Below are positions 1 to 11,371 of a stretch of DNA of 64,000 nucleotides, piece by piece. Source of the stretch: Syncephalis fuscata S228 (Eukaryota; Fungi; Zoopagomycota). The translations under genes were made by a program, and so were the position numbers. The notes below the pieces were generated by a model. The model searched no databases and was not told where the DNA came from. It saw only the letters and a program-made list of their open reading frames with translations. The stretch covers positions 62,001 through 126,000 of the forward strand of contig JAHLTZ010000002.1 of NCBI GenBank assembly GCA_025786725.1, read 5' to 3'. Numbering within the stretch: position 1 is the first letter of the stretch; every line of letters begins with the position of its first letter.

Positions 1-134
1 ATCAGGGTGACTGAAGAGTATCGAGAGTTAGAAACAAAAGGATATTGCTACGGCTGGACTTTTGCAGACGCGTTTGCAGATCTGTTTACAATTAAACTGC
101 TACTATTTTTTGCTACTCGCTGCTGTTTAACATC

Positions 135-882
135 ATGGCGATCCAAAAGAGCGTTCGGGTTATGTTCCTGGTGATGAACTCTATATTTTTTGCAGCAGGC
201 ATCGCCAGTGTGGCCATAGGCGCTTTCTTTCAAAATAATCACCATGCACGACGAAACGCCGTCGTATCAGAGGATAACATTCTAAGTATGTATTTAAATC
301 CACTCATTACTATATCAGCCATGTACTAACTGCTGAACTATTACAGGTCTTATATCGATCGGCGCCATTGTTTTATTCTCTAGTGTAGTTGGATTCTTTG
401 GCTTTGTGCAGCCTATACCGCGCAAGCCAATCCTTATTTCGTTTAGTATATCCGTGGTCGGTATTGTCATTGTATTGGTGGTCATGGGCATCCACGTATG
501 GTACACAACACTTACTATGTACGATGACTTTGCTTTTCATTGGCGTAAATGGAGCGTGTCGCTCCGTGATAACTTCCAAACATTTACGCCAGGATCGCCA
601 TGCTGTGGCTACAGCAATCCGCACGACTTTCCTGCACCCAGCGATTTCTGCGGTGCAACAACGCCAATGTCTGTTCCTGGCTGTCGAGACACCATTTATG
701 CATATGCTAGCTCGTATCTAACCAATATCTACACGTGTACTTTCCTGTTTGTCTTTATCGGTATTCTCGACTTCCTCACCACCATTATGGTTATTCAGTC
801 AGCCAATGAAGAGGAACGATACGAGAAGATGTCGCAAAAGCGCGTGACACGGCCAGGCGAGCTCAGAATGCAGTATCTATAA
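135..882 (+). CDS. Tetraspanin-family membrane protein (2 exons)
   Basis: Intron 286-346 (GTATGT..TACTAAC..CAG) joins ORF 135 in frame to ORF 406-882. Four hydrophobic segments and a CCG motif (PCCGYSNP) with downstream Cys residues in the large loop. Confidence 0.85.
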
Positions 883-2065
883 TATTGTGATTTAAACTAC
901 CGTCCAAGTATCGTTGACCGCCACCACGCACTCACTTCTCATTGATTGATCTCCGATAGACTACTACGCCACAATTATGAAAATTAACTTGTTTCTTTAA
1001 TCATTATCGTAATGCTGGCCTTCGTCGATGTTCCTTTATTACTGGTTATTTTATATAACACAATAATGGTTATAAAATAGAAACGAACAAAGTGTAATTA
1101 TTAATACTAAATTGTCTGCTGGCCGTCAAGCATTTACCGTTTGATACGGCTTGACTCGCGGTAATATGTTTAGCATTATTTCCTACTTTATCGTTGATAA
1201 TGATTATTCAGTCTAAATTTATTAGTAAACCATTACATTTATTAATGATAATATTATTTGTTGTAAAATGCTTCTATAGCACCTTGTAGCTAATTAAATG
1301 TAAAAACAAAGTATAGACCAATTAAAATACAATCATTACTCGCATTGGCCATGGTGTGGTGTAACCATTAGCGCTTTGCAGAACAATAATAATTAGTTGA
1401 TAGCTATGCTTAAATACTAAAGTAGTAATAATGTATATGGATGACATCGTCCATCAAAATACTCGTTATGATAGATTTGTTATCCTGTACATATAAATTA
1501 TATACTCATCTGTATCATTTTGTAGTGCTTTATTATTACTATTTACACCGTCTTTATTTGCAATTTCTTCTTTTTATACTGATTTGCTTTCTTTTGAGCT
1601 TGCTATTATTATAAATGTTTTATTACTCAAATTAAATACCATAGGATTTGTAGTTCACTGCTTTTAACTAATCCAGAAATTGTTAGATATAATCAGCCAA
1701 CTTAAATACATGTTTAAATAAGTTATGTTTTACACATACTTGTATCGTTTGTTCTATTATTGCGTATGGACAGTGAGCAAAATAATGCAAAATTCATGAA
1801 TAATAAGACTGGAGTTAAACATATAACAGTTACAAATAGAACATAACAAAGCAGAAATGCTGATTAAAAGCACACACTTTTGAAATATAATTTATGTTAA
1901 ATGATTGCTTTTATCATCTATTCATTTGTCTTAATCAAAACTAATAAAATTTATTAATCTATACTAAAATAGTTTCAAGTTAGCCATTACTGTGGATAAG
2001 ATGCGGAAAATAAATTTGGCTTGGAAGTTGGATTTTCAACTGAAAAAATGATAATTATTGCAATA

Positions 2066-3289
2066 TCACGAAATATCAGATTCAAAAGAGTTTGCAGTTC
2101 TTACACTAGTAAAACTAGTTGTGATGGTTATTCTAGCCTTTTTAGTGTTAGCATGAGGTTGATGAGCGCCAGGTTGTCCCATTTGCACAGGCTGTTCCAT
2201 TTGCACAGGTTGTCCCATGTATACAGGCTGTTCCGTTTGCACAGGTTGTCCCATGTATACAGGCTGTTCCATTTGCACAGGTTGTCCCATGTATACAGGC
2301 TGTTCCGTTTGCACAAGCTGTACAAACATCACATTAGAATTATTTGCCATATCCATTGTTTGTTGACCGTAAAAAGTACTGGGCATTACACCAGGCATAC
2401 AACTGGTGAGATCAGGATTTTCATCAAATTTTGTTAAAGCCTCACGTGTATAAATACCAACACTCAAAACAAAAATATTAAAAATATGGCCAACTATGTC
2501 GGAGCCAAGAACGTAGGACAGATCAGATGCGAATATTAAAATGCTATGAGCTGCTAATACAAGTAGCTGTCTACTCTTAAAGCCCAAGCCTGGAACGCCG
2601 CTATGTTTGATTTCTACAAATAGCCAAACAAACAGAGCGACCGAGAGAAGGTTAATGGTTAAGGTTATGGCATAGCCAAGACGCACTAGAACAGCTGCAT
2701 TATTAAGCAACGATAAAGAAATAAACGGCAATAAAGTAAAAAAATTAATCAAAAAAATCCAACCAACAACACACAAAACACTGCCAATGCTATAGATAAT
2801 TATTCCACCGACGCCAAATCGATGAACTAGTTGAGCTTGCTGGGCAAATGCCTTGCTCATTGATCGACCCCTGTTGCATAAATTCAGTAGTTACACGTGT
2901 TATATTATTAGTACAATGTTAAGTGGAGTGTGATAATTAAATAAAGCAAAAACGGAAGATAACTTACCATACTAGCGTCAAGCTCGCGACAGTAAGCTTA
3001 ATCATCCAGCCGGAAAAATAAGTATTAGTGTTGAATAAAATAAGAACAGATACTTAAAACTATATGCTCCACCAATGCTTATTCCAAAACTAATTATGGC
3101 AACTAATATGGCACTAATTATCATACCATGGTATTTAGTGTTTGTCTGAATGTAACGCCAAAAATGGAGACAACCAATGCCAAAGAAGAAAACTGTTACT
3201 ATAATGTCCCCAATCGGATCAGCTTCAGGTAAGAAAGCTTTCTTTGGAGCCGCACCACCAAATAAGCCCGAGTTGGAATCCCTCGTCAT
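2066..3289 (-). CDS. Multi-pass (about 7TM) membrane protein with Gln/Pro repeat C-tail, lineage-specific
   Basis: ATG 3289; intron 2967-2871 (GTAAGT..CAG). One missing T in a T-run near 3014-3018 restores the frame (IFSGWMIKLTVASLTLVW|GRSMSKAF). Multiple hydrophobic helices. Confidence 0.65.
2170..2325. repeat. Coding minisatellite: 18-bp units paired into 36-bp higher-order repeats (QPVYMG/QPVQ[MT]E)
   Basis: Repeated caggttgtcccatgtata / caggctgttcc(a/g)tttgca units read directly. Confidence 0.9.
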
Positions 3290-4313
3290 AATGCTATATT
3301 GGTTTATAAAAACCACGTTATCTCATAAAAAGAGTTTTTGAAAGTGTGCAATGCTATATGGACCAGTGACTGCAATAGCAAACTGCACTAAAAAGAAAGG
3401 AAAGCAACTAAATATTATTTATATAAAAAGAGCTGCACTTGATGATAGAGGAAGAGGTCAAGGTAATAAAGAGCGAAGCATGAAAAGAAATTGAAATAGA
3501 GGTTGGTTGTTTGCTTAGTTTTATAACATCAAATTACTAAATTCCTATTATAACTTTAAGCTATAAACACCAGAAAAGAACGTTCAAAGAAACAAGGCGG
3601 TAGGCTGGCATGTACCAAGCTCATGATGAATGCTTGAAACACACACCTACAATACATCGCATACCTGTATTTGTTACTATATTGTGTAACATTTTTATTA
3701 TTAGCTTATGTTCCATAAATGTTCAATGCAATGGGACATCGTCCCCTAAAGTTCAGGCCCATTCTAGCTGAAATATATTTGCATGCACTCGCTAGACGGC
3801 AACATTTGCTGCCGTCTACACTTGCATCGTTGACTTTGATTTTACATACTTTGTTGATATTTACACACGATACTAGTCCACAATAATTAATATATAATAG
3901 TTTTCTATTACTTTATTTTATACTAGTTCAAATTCAATAACGATATGATAAAAGTAATAGTTTTGAATAGTATATAGATACCCTCTACAGTTGAAAACAA
4001 AGGTTGGTATTCATAGCATTTTTTGAATGGCATCGGCTTAAACAAGTTATAGAACGTGATAAGCAACTTTTTGTGAAAATATTATAACAAGATGAAACAT
4101 AAGCGTTGAAATTAAATAATTAGTGTGGTCTTGTTCTGCGTTTAAAACATAGTATCAGCTATTGTGCGTGTACTATAAACCAACTCATGCTTTAGCACAC
4201 TTTCAATCCGTGACTAGGGGAAAACAGTCATCATGCATATTCAAAATGCCAATTCGACAATCTACCAATATCATAATTGTATCAAACAACGCAATAGTCA
4301 TTAAAATAATAAT

Positions 4314-5126
4314 TTGTTCATGGCATGCCTAAGCATCCAATATATACTGGTTTTGATATTATTGATACTATTTAACCTAAATACTAGTTTTAATAATACC
4401 AGTCTAATAGACAAGAATCACCATTACACTATTACATATGTTTTGATTCAACACCCGGCTTTGACCAGTACATGTGTAATCATGGTCTTAATGAGCCCTT
4501 ATTGCGCCGTGCAGATATTGCAATTACGCCCAATCCAACAAATAATCCTATTAATGGTAATTGCAATTTCATTTGCCAAGTCAACATTATGCTAAGGCGA
4601 CTCGTTAAAACTATTTTGTATAATATTTGACAGTAAGCATTTAGGGGTACTTGATTGATTGTTGCTGAAACATTATGCAACAATTGTTACACTGGCATAT
4701 CAATTATAGTTGTTGTTGGTATTTACCAGATACGGCATCATCCGACGATAGCTCTTGGAGTGGAATGCTGTCGAATAGTTTATTGTCTAGTACTATGGCA
4801 ATACTACCGACATTTTTGTTTGTTTCTAGAATATTGTAGATATGAGTATTTTATTATGGGATATTTGTCAATTGTTAAAAATGTGCAACATCTTCTGTCC
4901 ACATACATCGTTCTAGCCATTATATACTTCAATACACTTGGTTCATTTTACTCATTGCGCCATGTACATTGTAATACCAACGTTGCAGTTCATGCCTTTA
5001 CTAATATCCTTCATTCTACTGTGCATCATTGTATCATATACTGACCACATAATATTAATAACTATACTAAAAATAGCTAAATGTAATATAAAAGCAATCA
5101 GCAATGTGATACTAGTAGCTGACTAG
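4314..5126 (+). pseudogene. Possible decayed multi-pass membrane protein gene
   Basis: A chain of short hydrophobic ORFs in shifting frames (4314-4595, 4655-5044, 4938-5126) with stops between them. No family motif recognised. Confidence 0.25.
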
Positions 5127-5573
5127 CGATTTATAACGAATGAGCTATGATACTATAAGCACAAATGCTATTTATACACGTGCAATGTCAACAACCAAAA
5201 TAAGGTTTCTACTCGGACCGATAAAAGCGGAAACCTTGTAAAGCAAATTTAACGCACCGGTTAGTATTTATAATGGCAGCTAGTCACGTGTTTACCGAAT
5301 ACTGCCAAGTATGCCAACAACGCTCACTACTTGGCTTTATTTTTGTGCCGCCGACTTGTTCACACTTTATTCCAGCTTTTCTCGCCATCAAATAATTGCC
5401 ATTCTGTTAAACGAACAAGCGCTGTAGTTTATCGGTTAGTTGTACAGAACAGTCGTATAGCATGTAAGTCATTGTCATTAATACAGCCTATTACAGACCA
5501 CATCCGTGTATTCATTACGATTATCTACGGCGTTATTAGATATAGCGACAGTAACAAACAACAAACAACATTG

Positions 5574-8507
5574 ATGGAGGTAGAGACAGCCGACCTATCC
5601 GCAAAGACTGTTGCACAGCCACAGCAACAGCCTACACTACGTGGCCCAAGACCTTTACCAACATGGAATACCAACAGTACCGGTGGCAGTAAAGGTCGAG
5701 CACGGTCTACAGCACATAGTTCGGGTCACCGGCCTGCCATTCCCGATTTCACTAACCAGTCTATCACTAATACTACTCCTACTACTGCCGATTGTAACGG
5801 AACAGATAGTAAAAGCGATGCTAGTAACAGTGCACCGTATATCAATACACCTACCATTACACCTAACGGCACTTTATCGCGCTATTTAGTCAACAACGGA
5901 TTTATTCAATCTCATTTGAATTCAGTAACATCGGCGACTATTAAAACAACTGGTCGGTCATTTGGTCCTCGGCCAGCACCATTTCCCGAAAAAGCGCCTT
6001 TACGACCAGAAACACCATCTGATTTCAACTCGAGTGATGTATTTAACAATAGTGATAACGATGATGAAGAAGAGATACTTGATCAGGCAGCCAAAGCAGC
6101 CCGTGCGCAAATAGCACAACAACGACAAACAACAGCTGCTTCGTCGGATATGGAGGATAGTGACGATGAAGAGGATATTCTAAGTGTGCTAATGGCCATG
6201 TCAAATCTGACTGCTACAGAAACGTCAGCACCACCAGCTGATGTAAGTATAAATTCAGTCACTAATAATAGTAATAAAGAGGAGAGAGATATATCATCAA
6301 CGGTTGAAATGCAACAAATACCATCAGCTATTACTACAGCTGCACCATTTATAAATAATAAGGATGAAGAAACATCAGCAACTTTACCTGGACAGATGGC
6401 AACTGTCCCTACTGCTGCAGTTATGCATAATCCAGTACCATCTCATGAATTGAATGTCTCTTCTATAGGCAATTCAAGTCCTAATAGTTCATTGATGTCA
6501 ATACCTATACAAGGCCCAAGTCCACAGCCTGGTCAGCGTCCACTCCCACCACCACAACAGCAGCAGCAACAGCAACAATCACCATCTTCTAATTCTTCAT
6601 CTTCACGTGTATCGATTCAACGTATTGATGGTGGCCATTTGCCGGGACATACACCACCAGCATCAAAAAAAGCCGATTATAGTATGCAACCACTACCTCC
6701 AATTCCGGTATCTCCTACTGGCCAGCTTCATATTCATACTAATTTTGCCGAGCAGGAACAGCATGGCCATTCAATTTCACATCCGTCTTCGCCATCACAA
6801 CTTAATCAAACTATGCGTCCATCGTCAGTACAATCACAATCGCAATTCAATAGACCAATGCATCCTAGCTCGCGGCCATCGTCGAATCCACCATCGGCTC
6901 ATCACTCACCTTTATTATCAAGCGGACATCCACCCAATAAACCGCAACTTGCCGGTCCACCGCCGCAACATAATCTACATATGACCCCACCTAAACGAGT
7001 TGCTGCATCACCTGTCAACGGGGATGCACTTCGAGCCAATCTTATTCGTCCTTTATCTTTAGACGTGTTGGAAAAGATGCGATCGGATCTTGTTGGCTCA
7101 CAAGACCCCGCTAAACAATTACGCTTTGCAAAATTCGCTCAATGTACGGCAGAAAGTATGCCCATGTCCGGCACACCAGTCAACGATCCGCGTAAACGTT
7201 TGCTTGATGATGCATTTGCTATTATTGATCGATTGGCCAAGGCTAATAATGGTGAAGCTGTTTATATTAAAGGCACTTGGTATGCCGCTGGTAAAATGGG
7301 AAATACACGTGATGCTGATAAAGCCCTTAAATACTATCAGCGTGCCGCAAAACTTGGTTATTCAAAGGCAAGCTTTCAGATTGGACGACATTATGAAAAC
7401 GATCCAAATCGAGCCATGCAGTTCTATCAACGGGCCTCGGCACTTGGCGATGCAGATGCCAATTATCGCATGGGTACCATTTACTTGAATGGCGATCTAA
7501 AACAAAAGCCCAATCCAAGCCAAGCATTGAAGTATCTAAAACGAGCAGCCACTTCAGCAGAGCCCAGTTCCAAAGCAGCACTGCTACTGGCCGAACTGCT
7601 GGCTGATCGTAACGCCGAATTACGTATTGATCCATTGGATAGAGATGCAAATGAGGCTGTGCACATGTATTATATTGCTGCTGAATTAGATGTTGCCGTG
7701 GCACAACGAGAACTTGGACGTATCTATGAAGATGGCTTACTTAGTTGTCCAAAAGATCCGGCCATGTCGGCTACATGGTTCCAACGTGCTGCCGATAGCG
7801 GTGATGCGGTGGCAGCACTGGCCATGAGCGCATGGTGTATTAAAGGTGTACCCGGTCGATTTGATCGAGATGATCGGGCAGCCTTTGAATGGTGCCGTAA
7901 AGCCGTCGAGCAAGGATTGGCCGATGCTGAATATGCTTTTGGCTACTACCACGAGGCAGGTATTGGTGTGCAAATGGATAAAGATGTGGCAATTGCTTGG
8001 TTTCGTAAAGCAGCTGCAGGAGGTAGTGAACTGGCTCGTGAGCGTGTACGACAACTTGAAAGTGGTGCTGGTGCTCAAAAGCCAATGTTACCTACCTATG
8101 GACATCCTGGACATAATTATCAACCGCCACCGCCACAACCCTCACAGCATCAATCTCAAGGGCCACCTTATTCAGCGAATATAATGTCACCAACATCACC
8201 ACCTCAAGCTATACCTGCCTATCATCATGGCGGTGGTCATCCACAGCAGCCAATGGTTGGCAATTATATGCCTATGCAAGGCTACGGAGGAGGTCCACCA
8301 CCGCCGCCACCACATCATCGCCCACAGCAGCAGCAGCAGCAGCAACAGCCGCCACCTATGGGCTATTCTCAAGGACCATCAAATTATGCACAAGGACCAT
8401 CTTATAATATGCAATCATCTTATCCGCCACCAGGTCCACCAGGTCCACCTCATCACCACCAACAGCAGCAGCAACAACAACAACAGCAGCCATCTTATCG
8501 GCGCTAA
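5574..8507 (+). CDS. SKT5: SEL1-repeat protein, chitin synthase activator Skt5/Chs4-like
   Basis: Intronless ORF, first ATG at 5574. About 7 SEL1 repeats (e.g. A.YRMGTIYLNG, AEYAFGYYHEAGIGVQMDKDVAIAWFRKAA) flanked by disordered and Gln/Pro-rich regions. Family is secure; orthology is less so. Confidence 0.75.
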   Translation: MEVETADLSAKTVAQPQQQPTLRGPRPLPTWNTNSTGGSKGRARSTAHSSGHRPAIPDFTNQSITNTTPTTADCNGTDSKSDASNSAPYINTPTITPNGTLSRYLVNNGFIQSHLNSVTSATIKTTGRSFGPRPAPFPEKAPLRPETPSDFNSSDVFNNSDNDDEEEILDQAAKAARAQIAQQRQTTAASSDMEDSDDEEDILSVLMAMSNLTATETSAPPADVSINSVTNNSNKEERDISSTVEMQQIPSAITTAAPFINNKDEETSATLPGQMATVPTAAVMHNPVPSHELNVSSIGNSSPNSSLMSIPIQGPSPQPGQRPLPPPQQQQQQQQSPSSNSSSSRVSIQRIDGGHLPGHTPPASKKADYSMQPLPPIPVSPTGQLHIHTNFAEQEQHGHSISHPSSPSQLNQTMRPSSVQSQSQFNRPMHPSSRPSSNPPSAHHSPLLSSGHPPNKPQLAGPPPQHNLHMTPPKRVAASPVNGDALRANLIRPLSLDVLEKMRSDLVGSQDPAKQLRFAKFAQCTAESMPMSGTPVNDPRKRLLDDAFAIIDRLAKANNGEAVYIKGTWYAAGKMGNTRDADKALKYYQRAAKLGYSKASFQIGRHYENDPNRAMQFYQRASALGDADANYRMGTIYLNGDLKQKPNPSQALKYLKRAATSAEPSSKAALLLAELLADRNAELRIDPLDRDANEAVHMYYIAAELDVAVAQRELGRIYEDGLLSCPKDPAMSATWFQRAADSGDAVAALAMSAWCIKGVPGRFDRDDRAAFEWCRKAVEQGLADAEYAFGYYHEAGIGVQMDKDVAIAWFRKAAAGGSELARERVRQLESGAGAQKPMLPTYGHPGHNYQPPPPQPSQHQSQGPPYSANIMSPTSPPQAIPAYHHGGGHPQQPMVGNYMPMQGYGGGPPPPPPHHRPQQQQQQQQPPPMGYSQGPSNYAQGPSYNMQSSYPPPGPPGPPHHHQQQQQQQQQQPSYRR

Positions 8508-9392
8508 GCATTATTGATAAAGAATGACAATAAAAGAATATACAAATGTTTAGTGACTATTTATCAATAAAGGCTATCTATTTTATGTGTAGTTTAAATG
8601 TCATAATGTTTTCTTATAATACAACTTAACATGTTGGTGTAACTAATGTGATGTCCAGTGAAATGATATACTAACAATACAATAATTTATTGTTATTTGT
8701 TTACTGTTAATAAACGTTATTTTTACATTGATTATTAAAATTGAAGATTAAGTTATTGGCTTATGAATCAAGTACTGATGGTTGATTGATATTGACAATG
8801 CTTTATCTGTTGGTGAATATTATAAAGAGCCAAGTATATTACAATTTATTTTATTCTAAAAATTATTAAATTGCTGCTTAATGTAATGCACATTATTAAA
8901 CATCGGCATTTAAATCTACAGTATTTTTATTGAATCTATAATTGGTATCAACAAAAAAGATGATTCCAATTCGTGGCATTTACTAGCAAATCTATAGTCT
9001 TTTCAATATCAATGACAAATAAAGATCACACAAAAAACATTGCTATAATGAACCACAGTTTCTGCTTGTCGTGCTATCCAATATCTATAAATGGAAATGA
9101 AAATACTGTTTTAAAATGTTTATATCTCTAACTTATGTATTAAAATATCGAATATCTGTTGCTTTTTGGTTTATTCCATATGCTTACCTTCCCTTTTTAC
9201 TCAAAAACATGCATATTGTATTTGTTCAGTCTTGTAGTAAATATATCAACCACCACACGATGTTTTTGCTATAAATATCTGTTTTTTGTATATTTATTTG
9301 TCCAACCATTACACCATACTTTTTTACGTATTAGCCTAATGAAAATACAATCTTTTAGTTAACGGTTGAACCTTGATAAAACCATATTTACA

Positions 9393-10567
9393 ATGAAATT
9401 AATTAATGCTATCGCCGCTACTACGCTCATGCTAATATCGGTTACGCAAGTCATGCCTGTTGATGGGATGTTAAGTTTATCCAATTCTGAGTCCATTAGC
9501 AAGTGTCAACTCCAATTTATCCATGTTATTTGCTAACTTTAGTATTCATATAGACTTCATGGGTTATAAAAACAACGACCCAGAGAGTCCATTTACCATA
9601 TATGGTATCCAGTTTACAGATATTTCATATCAAGTTAAAGGTGTTCACTATATCAAAGGAACACAACATAGCCAGCCCATTACACTTGCGTGTGGATCAG
9701 ATCCAAATCCAAACAATCCCGCTTTTCAAGTATACAAGGTAAATTTTACGTAGTATTATCTATTCAAGAACTAACCAGCATTATTGGCAACAGGATTTAA
9801 TACTAAATCCCCAATTATCTAAAAACAACGAGTTTTCAATTGCTATGCCTGAACTCAGTTTCATATTTCCTGGACAAAATAGATGCTATGTCTTACCAGG
9901 TCAGTGTGAAATAACATATAAAGAATTCACTAGAAAATACACCAGGTATGGCAAATTCGGCAGTATTATCTTTTTATAATATTTATAATGCTAACGTTTC
10001 AATTAGTGCAGTGCAAAGTGATATGGAAATGGTATTAAATTTGTGGTGGAATATTGGATCAGGTACAGACTTTTATTGTTTACATTTTAGCTATTAAATT
10101 ATTGTTAGGTCTAATTGCTATAGAAGAAGAGGGATGGCATGCCCAAATGAATTTTAAAGGTAGGTATGAAGTTTATTAATGATGCTTATATTAATTGTAT
10201 TGCTAGATATTTGCATCACTAAGAAGAAAAATGGTAAATATATACCACATTTTTTTTACTTCAATAATGCAATTTCAGCAAAGAAAAAAATTGATTACGA
10301 AACAGATATTATAAGTTTCAGTCTAAATCCCGCTACTTTAGATGCAATTCTTTGGCTTGTTAATGAAGAAGTAAGAATTGAAATACTTTGCAAACTTTTA
10401 GATGATCAATACATAAGAAAAAGAAGAGTTTTGTACAGTGCGAATTGGCTTCATTTTGAATTCGACAACCTAGGTGTAACTGACTGTTTAAGAAAAGCAA
10501 ACAAGCCACTATAGATACATTGGAAAGAATGCTTTTGACTAATAATTCGAAATGGCGTCCTCATTAA
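9393..10567 (+). CDS. Secreted kinase-fold (pseudokinase-like) protein, copy C, 6 exons
   Basis: Signal peptide MKLINAIAATTLMLISVTQVMPVDG; five introns, the first GC-AG at 9499. Spliced product contains GLIAIEEEGWHAQMNFK-DICIT..PHFFYFNNA. One 1-nt deletion near 10503. Confidence 0.7.
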
Positions 10568-11371
10568 TAGCTCATTAAATAAAAGCATGACTTGTTGGGG
10601 CTTAATTCATTTAACTATGTAATATATTATATATATATATCATTTATTTGTCCATTATTAATGTCACTTATTTATTTACTTGTAAAACCATTTAATATAA
10701 TTTGAATAGCAAATAGCAGATATTATATAAAAGTAAACGGTAAAACAAGTTATATCTGCATTTTGTATACTTCAATAATCTAATCTTTTTTATCCATTAG
10801 TTTATAAAACATTATCAATATCGTATGGTCAATCATAATGACTGGACAGACAAATGCTAAATTCAATATAGCGATATATTTTATTAAATTTTAAATAAAT
10901 ATATTAAATTCAGCTTTGACAAATCATTTAGCCATTTGATGGATAGCACATCTGTGTACTTTGTAATTGTCGTTCTACCCTTCTTCACTATAGTTATAGC
11001 TTTAATGCTCCAATGATCAGTAGAGTTCAAGTAAGAACAGTACAAATTAGTATACATAAAGCCAACAGCCATAGTGACCATTGATACTATTAATAAATAA
11101 GATTAGATAGTCAGTATAGATATGCTTTATCTAATTATTCAAAATGCTTATAGTATTATTATTATCTTTTTCTTTCGCTTATAACACATACTAATCATCT
11201 TACTGCTAAATAAAAGTAATAGTAAATTTTATTATTTTATAAATTTAAATGATAAGAAAAGTAAATAAACCAACAAAAAATAAAGTGTAATCAAATAGAT
11301 GGCATGCAATAAAATAAAGTTATAATGGATAATCGATAGATATACTTGTATATAATCATAATAACAAAGAG

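Noticed and set aside
2021-2437. His/Arg-rich + strand ORF, or a CRISPR-like array
   Set aside because: It is the antisense reading of the coding minisatellite, with no unique spacers.
5331-5573. N-terminal extension of the SEL1 protein from a TTG start
   Set aside because: This is a eukaryotic gene; the first in-frame ATG is at 5574, after a CAA-rich leader.
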